Source: Candidatus Binatia bacterium
GTDB taxonomy: Bacteria > Desulfobacterota > Binatia > HRBIN30
Assembly: GCA_038245295.1 (NCBI GenBank)
Contig: JBBRSP010000031.1
Span: 1 to 64,000, forward strand
DNA: 64,000 nucleotides
Reading direction: 5' to 3'
Shown: piece by piece, positions 56,816-64,000 of the stretch
Position numbering within the stretch: the stretch's first letter is position 1
How the letters are laid out: every line of letters starts with the position of its first letter
Program-made: the position numbers and the translations under genes
Notes under the pieces: model-generated
Database searches by the model: none
Seen by the model: only the letters and a program-made list of their open reading frames with translations
What the model was told of the DNA's origin: nothing

Positions 56816-57688
56816 TTAGCCTGCGGAGCGCGGCACACGCTTGGCAAGCTCGCCGAAGCCCAGGCATGCGCACAAGGCTTCGAAGCGCGGCCGATCGACG
56901 CCTTGCCAGCGCAGCTCGTCGAGTGACTGGTGCGGCAACGTCGCATCGGTACGCAGCGTGGTGAGCAACTTGTAGAGCGTCGCGTCGGTGCGCTGTGCCG
57001 CCAGGGCTGCTGCGAGACGTTCGGCACCGCGGACTTTGACGGGCCAAGCCCGCGGGTCATCCGGGATCGTCTCGAGAGAGCCGCAGGCGTTGAGGACCGT
57101 GGCGGCGCTCTTCATGCCCCAGCCCGGGATTCCGGGTACGCCATCGGCGGTGTCACCGACCAGCGCCAACAGGTCAGGAATCAGTTTCGGCGGCACGCCG
57201 AATTTCTCGCGCACGCCGATATCGTCGTAGATTTTCTCGCGCCGCCGATCGACAGTTACGATGTGGCTGCCGTCGACGCATTGGCACAGGTCCTTATCGG
57301 GCGACAGAATCTGCACCTGCTCAACCTCGCCGCCCCAGCGCGCCGCGCCGGTGGCGAGGCCGTCGTCGGCCTCGAACTCCACCATCGGCCACACCGCGAT
57401 GCCGAGAGCCGCGAAGGCCTCCTCGGCAAGGGGGAATTGCGAGAACAGATCCATGTCGATGCCTTCACCGGTTTTGTACCCGGCGAACAGCTGATTGCGG
57501 AACGATTCGATGACGTGATCGGTGGCGGCGGCGACGTGTGTGAGCCGAGGGTTGCGCAGCAGCGCCGCCATGGAGCCAATCAATCCCCGCACGGCGCCGA
57601 CTTCCTGGCCATCGCGAGTGCGCTCGCTCGGCATGGCGAAGAAGGCGCGGAACAGCTCGTAGGTGCCGTCGATCAGGTGGAGCAACAT
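56816..57688 (-). CDS. Stand-alone 5'-3' exonuclease / flap endonuclease
   Basis: LIDGTYELFRAFF, FRNQLFAGYK, EADD, SPDKD, LVGDTADGVPGIPGWG. Confidence 0.92.
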   Translation of the reverse strand: MLLHLIDGTYELFRAFFAMPSERTRDGQEVGAVRGLIGSMAALLRNPRLTHVAAATDHVIESFRNQLFAGYKTGEGIDMDLFSQFPLAEEAFAALGIAVWPMVEFEADDGLATGAARWGGEVEQVQILSPDKDLCQCVDGSHIVTVDRRREKIYDDIGVREKFGVPPKLIPDLLALVGDTADGVPGIPGWGMKSAATVLNACGSLETIPDDPRAWPVKVRGAERLAAALAAQRTDATLYKLLTTLRTDATLPHQSLDELRWQGVDRPRFEALCACLGFGELAKRVPRSAG

Positions 57689-57897
57689 GCGGCATCCCTG
57701 AGCACACAATGCCCAAGCGCGCTACTCGGCCCCCCTCGACGCAGGGCCGGCACAGGAGGACACCAAAGTAGTCATGCCGTCGGCTTGTCCGAAATGGTGT
57801 TCCAACCGATACCGAACGATATCACCCTCATCATCCAACCAGTTAGCAAAGCGCTGATCGGGTGTGGGGGCTGAACGGGAAAGTGGAGGGTCTGGTC

Positions 57898-58281
57898 ATG
57901 TCCTTGAGTGCTGGCAGCAACCAACGAGTTGGCCGCGATGTCGAGGCAGCCGCCCTGCGGGATCTGCTCGATCAACCGCGGCGTGCGACGGTGACATTCG
58001 TGGATGGTAACGCTGTGGAGGCAATCCCCGTGCGCGCTCGTTGCCAAGGCGACAGCTACGCATTCGGCACCACGGTCGATGATCTCGCGGCGCGCGAGAT
58101 CGTCCTGCTGCTCGATGATGGACGGTACTGGTGGGAGTTGCGCGGTATTTCGGTGCGTGGCCTGGCCAGGCGTATGGATGCCGTGGGTCTGCGCGAGGGC
58201 GACGTGGAGCAGCTCACCTGGTATGCAGTCGAACCAACGCGGGTGCTGGCGTGGGACTATGGCAGCATGCGTCAGGTCTGA
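57898..58281 (+). CDS. Hypothetical protein, likely divergent PPOX-like split barrel
   Basis: VLLLDDGRYWWELRGISVRG and EPTRVLAWDYG resemble the C-terminal half of PPOX-class proteins. Confidence 0.6.
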   Translation: MSLSAGSNQRVGRDVEAAALRDLLDQPRRATVTFVDGNAVEAIPVRARCQGDSYAFGTTVDDLAAREIVLLLDDGRYWWELRGISVRGLARRMDAVGLREGDVEQLTWYAVEPTRVLAWDYGSMRQV

Positions 58282-58287
58282 ACGCCG

Positions 58288-58746
58288 ATGCCTACGCTCA
58301 ACGATGCCGCGGTCCGCACCTCCTTGAAGCGATCGATGATCGTCGAAGTCGCGACGCGATCGGCGAAAGGCCATCCGTTTGTGACGCCATTGTGGTTCGT
58401 TGTCGACCGTGGCGTCGTTTACATCACCACGGGCCCTGAGTCGCGGGCGGGCCGGAACGTCGCGCAAAACCCGGAGGTGACGCTGCTATTTGACGGCCGC
58501 GGCAACGCTTCCTCTTACCAGATCATACGCCTGCACGGCTCGGCGACTTGCCACCGGGTGCTGCCGTCCTGGCGCGTGATCCTGCGCGTCGCTCTGAAGT
58601 ACTATGCCGCGCCCCACGCTATTGCGGTGGAGCTGCGCAACCTGCGGCTCTGGCCCCTGCGCCGTCTCTACTACGCGCAAAACGGCGGCGCGTCTGGGCA
58701 TCTCCAGGTCGTACCGACGTCGGTGGAATTTCTGCCTAGGCCGTAG
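58288..58746 (+). CDS. Pyridoxamine-5'-phosphate oxidase family protein
   Basis: ATRSAKGHPFVTPLWF and RNVAQNPEVTL. Confidence 0.8.
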   Translation: MPTLNDAAVRTSLKRSMIVEVATRSAKGHPFVTPLWFVVDRGVVYITTGPESRAGRNVAQNPEVTLLFDGRGNASSYQIIRLHGSATCHRVLPSWRVILRVALKYYAAPHAIAVELRNLRLWPLRRLYYAQNGGASGHLQVVPTSVEFLPRP

Positions 58747-58772
58747 GACGGGCGCCGGTCATCGACGCCGGT

Positions 58773-59219
58773 TTAGCGCCGCCCTTGGCGCAGCCAATCG
58801 ACCACCTCGGCATACGGCCGTGCGCCGCGATCGCAGCGTAGAATTTCGGCGAGCGCCGCGTCGACGGTGAGACCTTCATGGCAGACGATGTGCGCCAGGG
58901 AGACGCTGGGGGCGCGGTTCACCCCCTCGCTGCAATGGACGTATACCGTCCGCCGCTCGTTGATGAGCTCATCCAGACGCTCGAGTGCCTCCGGCAGCCG
59001 CGCGATGATGGCGTGCGGATCGTGATCGTGGATGGGTACGTTGACGAAACGAATGCCCGGCTCACACGCGGCGCGCATGCGTTCGACGGCGGCGGTAAGC
59101 AAATCGACGCCCGGCTCCTGCAGCGACAGGATCGCTGAGATCTGCGCTCGCCGGAGGTGTTGCAGGTCGGGCGGGTGAACCGATGCTCCGAAGTACAGAT
59201 GCGGGCGCAGCCGCCTCAC
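58773..59219 (-). CDS. Dual-specificity (PTP-like) phosphatase
   Basis: VYVHCSEGVNRAPS (HCxxGxxR) with an upstream PIHD acid loop; GTGA overlap with the oxidoreductase stop. Confidence 0.85.
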   Translation of the reverse strand: MRRLRPHLYFGASVHPPDLQHLRRAQISAILSLQEPGVDLLTAAVERMRAACEPGIRFVNVPIHDHDPHAIIARLPEALERLDELINERRTVYVHCSEGVNRAPSVSLAHIVCHEGLTVDAALAEILRCDRGARPYAEVVDWLRQGRR

Positions 59220-61450
59220 GCCGCCTCGACGGTTACCGGGATGTTGTTGAGCACGGCGTTGCCGGACAACGGATCTATCTCGGCTTCGTCCGTCAGCAGG
59301 TTCGAGTTGACGCCGGGCTGCTTGGCCGCCGTGTTCAGCCGCATGTCGGACTCGCTGTGGCCCCAGCCATGTGGCAGCGAGACGACACCCGGGCGAATCG
59401 TGTCGGTGATCTCCACGTCAACAGTTACGCTGCCGGCCCGCGAACGGACATGCGCCGCGGCGCCATCCTTCAGGCCTAACCGTACCGCATCGTGCGGATG
59501 AATCATGAGCGTACAGCGCGGCCGACCGCCGGCCAGGATCGGCACGTTGTGCAACCACGAGTTGTTCGAACGCAGATGGCGCCGGCCGATCAGCACGAGG
59601 CCGCCGTCCTGTGGTCGCCGCAAAGCCGCGCGCATGCGCTCGACATCGGTAATGCACATGGCCGGGGCCAGCTCGATTTTGCCGCTGGGCGTGCGCAAGA
59701 CCTCGGGCACGCGCGGCTTGAGTGGACCGAGGTCAATGCCGTGTGGATGCGACTCAACCTTCGTCAGGCTCACTCCTGTTGGATTCGCTCCGAAACCGTC
59801 GCCGTAGGGACCCGAGCGCAGCGCCAGATCGATCAGGCGCTCCGGCCCAACCCGTGGCTCCAGCGCCTTCATGATCTCGCCGACGTCGCGACCGTGGATT
59901 GGCGAATTGGGATCGCCGACGGCGCGTTGCACTTGTGTCGTGGCCACGAACTCGTCGAGTCCGGCCACATCGGCGCCGGCACCTTGGCCACTGACGATCG
60001 CTGTCAAGCGCAGCAACGTCTGCCACTCGGCCGGTTGATCACTCGGCGGTGCAAACACCGGCGGTGAGAAGCGTACCGCGTTGCGAAACGCGAATAACGG
60101 GAAGGTGGCGTCGAAGTGCGGTGTTTCGAGCGGTGAGCGTCCCGGCAAGATGACATCGGCGTGGCGCGATGTTTCGTTCAGATAGATGTCGAGGCTGAGC
60201 ATGAAGTCGAGTTGCTCGAAGGCGGCTGCCAGTCGTCCGCCGTTTGGTGTGCTCAGGAGCGGGTTGCCGGCGATGGCGATCAGGGCGCGCACCTGATCTT
60301 TGCCTGGTGTCTCGATCTCTTCCGCCAGGCACGCCACGGGCAACTCACCCATGACTTCCGGCGCCTGGCGCACGCGGCTGCGCCGCCGACCGGTGATGAC
60401 GCCGCGGCCAATGCCCGGCTGTCCGTGCGTGTTGGCGCTGAAAGCCGGCGGCATCGGGAACATCGCGCCGCCCGGACGATCGAAGTTGCCGGTCAGGATG
60501 TTACAGGCGTCGACGAGCCAACTCGCGACCGTGCCAAACTCCTGCGTACATGTGCCGATGCGGCCGTAGACCGCGGCGTGGTCGGCTTTAGCCAGGCATC
60601 GCGCGACATCGGTGATCGTCGCGGCGTCGATACCGCACATTTCGGCAACGGCGGCCGGTGTGAAGTCAGCACTCGCGGCGCGTAGGTCGTCGACGCCGTT
60701 GACGTGGTGGGCGAGGTCGCCCAGTCGCACCAGGCTCTCGCTGAAGAGAACGCTGATGATGGCCATGAGGAACTGGGCGTCGGCGCCGGGGCGAATCGCA
60801 AGGTGCTGATCGGCCGCCGCCGCGGTGCGGGTACGACGCGGATCGACAACGACACACTGTCCGCCGCGCTGGCGCAGGTCACGCAGCTTCCCCGGGAAGT
60901 CGGGCACCGTCCACAGGCTACCGTTCGAATCGAACGGATTGGCCCCGAGGACAAGCAGGAAGTCGCAGCGTTCGATGTCAGGTACGGCAACGGTCGTGAA
61001 CGTGCCGAACATCAGGCCGCCGGCGAGTTGTTTGGGAATCTGGTCGACCGTGCTGGCGGAGTAAATGTTCGTCGTGCGCAGCGTGCGCAGCAGCGCCTGG
61101 CCGTAGAGGGTGAGTGCCACGTTGTGGACGTTCGGATTGCCGAGATAAACGGCCACGGCGTTGTTGCCGTGTTCTTGTATGATCGGCAGCAGGCGCCGCT
61201 CAATTTCGGCGAAGGCGTCGTCCCAAGTCGTTTCGACCAGCACCCCGTCGCGCCGCACCAGCGGCTTGCGCAAGCGATCCGGATCCTCATGCAGTTGGGG
61301 CAGCGCCGCGCCCTTTGGGCAGAGGAATCCATGGCTGAAGACGTCGTCATCGTCGCCGCGCACGGAGGTGACCTTGTGATCTTCGACTTCCAGCGTGAGC
61401 CCGCAGGTCGCCTCGCAGAGCGAACAGATTCTGTAGTGTGTTTGCGGCAT
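59216..61450 (-). CDS. Molybdopterin-dependent oxidoreductase (DMSO reductase superfamily, uncharacterised clade)
   Basis: CSLCEATCG...CPKG Fe-S motif, GANP, VVVDPRRT, LIGRR...NNSW, HPHDA, LPHGWG. Confidence 0.92.
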   Translation of the reverse strand: MPQTHYRICSLCEATCGLTLEVEDHKVTSVRGDDDDVFSHGFLCPKGAALPQLHEDPDRLRKPLVRRDGVLVETTWDDAFAEIERRLLPIIQEHGNNAVAVYLGNPNVHNVALTLYGQALLRTLRTTNIYSASTVDQIPKQLAGGLMFGTFTTVAVPDIERCDFLLVLGANPFDSNGSLWTVPDFPGKLRDLRQRGGQCVVVDPRRTRTAAAADQHLAIRPGADAQFLMAIISVLFSESLVRLGDLAHHVNGVDDLRAASADFTPAAVAEMCGIDAATITDVARCLAKADHAAVYGRIGTCTQEFGTVASWLVDACNILTGNFDRPGGAMFPMPPAFSANTHGQPGIGRGVITGRRRSRVRQAPEVMGELPVACLAEEIETPGKDQVRALIAIAGNPLLSTPNGGRLAAAFEQLDFMLSLDIYLNETSRHADVILPGRSPLETPHFDATFPLFAFRNAVRFSPPVFAPPSDQPAEWQTLLRLTAIVSGQGAGADVAGLDEFVATTQVQRAVGDPNSPIHGRDVGEIMKALEPRVGPERLIDLALRSGPYGDGFGANPTGVSLTKVESHPHGIDLGPLKPRVPEVLRTPSGKIELAPAMCITDVERMRAALRRPQDGGLVLIGRRHLRSNNSWLHNVPILAGGRPRCTLMIHPHDAVRLGLKDGAAAHVRSRAGSVTVDVEITDTIRPGVVSLPHGWGHSESDMRLNTAAKQPGVNSNLLTDEAEIDPLSGNAVLNNIPVTVEAA

Positions 61451-61453
61451 GAC

Positions 61454-62275
61454 CTACTCCTTCTTGGCGCCGGCGAGCAGCGGATTGTGGGCGTGGTTGC
61501 GAGCGATGAGGTTGACCGTCTGCTGTGGGAACAGGCGGTAGAGGAACCAGGCAATGCGCGCAAACGGTGTGTACGGGATGATGGCCCGATTACGCGTCAC
61601 CCCGCGCAGCACGGCGACGGCCAGGCTGTCCACATTTCCCAGCGGCAACATGTTCATCGCGATATCGCGGTCGACGTTGATCAACGGTGAATTCTCGAGC
61701 AGCGGCGTATTGATGAAGCCCGGGCAGACGACGCTGACGTTGACGCCGTAGCGTCGCGCCTCGCCGCGCAGCGAGGTCGACAAGCCGACGACAGCGTGTT
61801 TCGTCATGCCGTAGATGGCCATGCCCGGCACCGGTAACAGGCCGGCCGCGGACGCCGTGTTGATGATGTGTCCGGAGCTTTGGCGGATCATCACCGGGTA
61901 AGCGGCGTTGACGCCGTGGATGACGCCGCGGACGTTGACGTCGAGCAGGCGGTTCCAGTCGGCGAGTGTCATCACCCTTACCTCGCCGCCGATGGCGATA
62001 CCGGCGTTGTTGAACAGGTAGTCGAGATGCCCACGCGTTGCGGCGATCTCTTGCACGACGCGCTCGAAGGCCACCGGGTCGGTCACGTCGAGTGTCACCG
62101 CCGTCGCTTGACCGCCGGCAGCGACGATAGCCGCGGCTGCCGCGGCGGCACCCTCGGTGTTGCGATCGGCAAGCACGACAAACGCGCCCTGTCGGCTCAA
62201 ATGCTCACCGAAAGCTTTGCCGATCCCGGAAGCCCCACCGGTGATCAGGGCAACCTTGTTTTGGAAGACACTCAT
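61454..62275 (-). CDS. Short-chain dehydrogenase/reductase
   Basis: TGGASGIG, NNAG, YGMTK, CPG. Confidence 0.93.
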   Translation of the reverse strand: MSVFQNKVALITGGASGIGKAFGEHLSRQGAFVVLADRNTEGAAAAAAAIVAAGGQATAVTLDVTDPVAFERVVQEIAATRGHLDYLFNNAGIAIGGEVRVMTLADWNRLLDVNVRGVIHGVNAAYPVMIRQSSGHIINTASAAGLLPVPGMAIYGMTKHAVVGLSTSLRGEARRYGVNVSVVCPGFINTPLLENSPLINVDRDIAMNMLPLGNVDSLAVAVLRGVTRNRAIIPYTPFARIAWFLYRLFPQQTVNLIARNHAHNPLLAGAKKE

Positions 62276-62412
62276 AGGGGGAGCGATGCCATGGGCGCGC
62301 TGGAAGAACAACTGTGGGCTCGCGCCGTTCTCAGAACGGAGTCGGGCTGCCCCCAGCCCGCGACCTGTTGATCGCCCTGAGCGGCGTGGGGGCACGCCGA
62401 CTCCGTCCCAAC

Positions 62413-63621
62413 CTAGCGCCGCCAGCCCGGCCCGCCGGCTTTCGCTGCGTTGCGCGAGATCGGTAGTTTGAGCAGGCGGCATTCGATGGCGCCGTTGTAG
62501 AGAACTGTACGCCGCACCGGCTTGAGGCCGATGCTGCGTGCCAGTTCCGGGTTGCCGGCGAGGATGTACGCTTCCCAGCCGAGGAAGCGGCGTCGCAGGA
62601 TGTCACCGAGCTCAGCATAGACACGGCGGAGTTTGTCGACCTCGCCGAGGCGCTCGCCGTATGGCGGGTTCGTGACGAGGATCCCCTGCGGTTCGAGGGG
62701 CACGCCGAAGTCGATAGGCTCGCATTGTGCCAGTTGACGCTTCTCGACGTGCACCCAGCCGCGCGCGCCGATGCGTTCGATATTGTCGATCGCCGCGGCC
62801 ACGGCGGCGGGCAAGGCATCGTAGCCACGCAGGACCGGTAGCTTCTTACGATCGCTCAGCACCTGCGCGTCAGCCTCGTCGAGCAGGGTCTGCCAGAGCT
62901 TGGCGTCGTGTCCGAGCCACTGCGAGAAACCAAAGTGGGTACGCATTCGCCCCGGCGCCGTGCGCGTGGCGATCAGCGCCGCCTCGGTGAGGAAGGTGCC
63001 GGAGCCGCACATCGGATCGAGAAGGGGGATGCGGTTGGCGGCGTGCGTCGGCCAATCGAGCAGCAGCAGGATTCCGGCGGCGAGAGTTTCCTTGAGCGGC
63101 GCCGTCATGCCTTTCAGGCGGTAACCACGCCGGTGCAAGCTATCGCCGGAAAGGTCGAGGCTGATGCTGGCGCGGCTGCCGTCGAAGTAGAGATGCGCGC
63201 GCACGTCCGGTTGCTGCGGATTCACCGACGGACGGCTACCGAGCTCGTCGCGGAACTGGTCGACGATGGCGTCTTTGACCCGCAGCGCCGCAAAGTGCGA
63301 GTGGGCAAAAGAGGGATTTGTGGTGGCGCAATCGACGGCCAGCGTCCCGTTTGGCGCCAGGTGTTCGCGCCAGCGGATCTCGCGCACGCCGGCGTAGAGG
63401 TCCTCGGGTTTCAGTACTTTGAATTCGGCGAGAGGAAGAAAAATGCGGCTGGCGACACGCGACCACAAGCAGGCACGGTAGGCCGCGACGAGAGGGCCAC
63501 GAAAGCGCACGCCGGCTCGCGCCGCTTCGACACCCTCCAGGCCAATCGTCGTCAGCTCCTGCGCCAGGACCTCTTCCAGCCCTTTGGCGGCAGTGGCAAA
63601 AAATTCATATTCGGCAGCCAT
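62413..63621 (-). CDS. rlmL: THUMP-domain 23S rRNA methyltransferase (RlmL-type, without the RlmK half)
   Basis: WSRVASR, SLHRRGYR, APLKETLAA, DPMCGSGT, TNPPYGER, NGAIECRL. Confidence 0.88.
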   Translation of the reverse strand: MAAEYEFFATAAKGLEEVLAQELTTIGLEGVEAARAGVRFRGPLVAAYRACLWSRVASRIFLPLAEFKVLKPEDLYAGVREIRWREHLAPNGTLAVDCATTNPSFAHSHFAALRVKDAIVDQFRDELGSRPSVNPQQPDVRAHLYFDGSRASISLDLSGDSLHRRGYRLKGMTAPLKETLAAGILLLLDWPTHAANRIPLLDPMCGSGTFLTEAALIATRTAPGRMRTHFGFSQWLGHDAKLWQTLLDEADAQVLSDRKKLPVLRGYDALPAAVAAAIDNIERIGARGWVHVEKRQLAQCEPIDFGVPLEPQGILVTNPPYGERLGEVDKLRRVYAELGDILRRRFLGWEAYILAGNPELARSIGLKPVRRTVLYNGAIECRLLKLPISRNAAKAGGPGWRR

Positions 63622-63707
63622 GTGCCTGCCTGACTCAGGAGCATCAGCTGGTCAACCCCGACGATACCTCTGGAACCGCGGAGTCGTCGGTGGCAAGAGG
63701 CAGGACC

Positions 63708-64000
63708 ATGACCCTCACTCCCGAAGAGATGCGCCGCGCCATCAAACACTTGAAGCGGGCTGACAAGTGCCTGGCCCCCGTCATCAAGCGCAGCCAATCA
63801 TGTGACATCAAGCGTAGAGGTAACGTGTACCAAGCCTTGTTCCGCTCGGTGCTCTATCAGCAGCTGGCCGGTAATGCGGCGGCCGCCATTGAGCGCCGTG
63901 TGCATGGGTTGTTCGGCGGCAAGTCGCCCGCGGCCGCGGATTTCGCTGCCATCCAGGACAATGCGTTGCGCGGCGCCGGCTTGTCACGGCAGAAGTCGCG
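63708..64000 (+). CDS. DNA-3-methyladenine glycosylase (AlkA/HhH-GPD family), 3' end outside window
   Basis: Not in the ORF track. My translation reads MTLTPEEMRRAIKHLKRAD...YQALFRSVLYQQLAGNAAAAIERR...LRGAGLSRQKS. Confidence 0.88.
   Translation, partial: MTLTPEEMRRAIKHLKRADKCLAPVIKRSQSCDIKRRGNVYQALFRSVLYQQLAGNAAAAIERRVHGLFGGKSPAAADFAAIQDNALRGAGLSRQKS

Overview
A high-GC bacterial chromosome segment with about 42 protein-coding genes. I saw no rRNA, tRNA, CRISPR array or intact transposase. Cys-rich secreted proteins with long Thr/Pro linkers and a Cys-stapled dockerin-like tail suggest Candidatus Binatia or a related deltaproteobacterial lineage (inference only). The left half (1-33 kb) is rich in secreted and surface proteins: an esterase, a heme-c plus copper type II monooxygenase-like fusion, a penicillin-acylase-family protein, a ~2,600-aa adhesin-like protein, a phospholipase C lipoprotein, an octaheme cytochrome-TPR protein and a Vgb-propeller/dockerin-like protein. 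It also holds a modABC cassette preceded by a truncated regulator remnant. The right half is mostly housekeeping and metabolic: Lhr helicase, metH, a deoxyhypusine-synthase-like gene, acyl-CoA dehydrogenases, a CoA transferase, a molybdopterin oxidoreductase, rlmL and a partial alkA-type glycosylase. Two features stand out. (1) A ~160-bp MITE family inserts exactly into the tetraloop of REP-like hairpins, duplicates the loop, carries new hairpin targets and nests inside itself and inside a second MITE. (2) The secreted protein at 1495-3981 fuses a CX4CH cytochrome-c domain to a complete PHM/DBH-type copper ligand set. All family assignments come from motif recognition by eye; no database searches were run.
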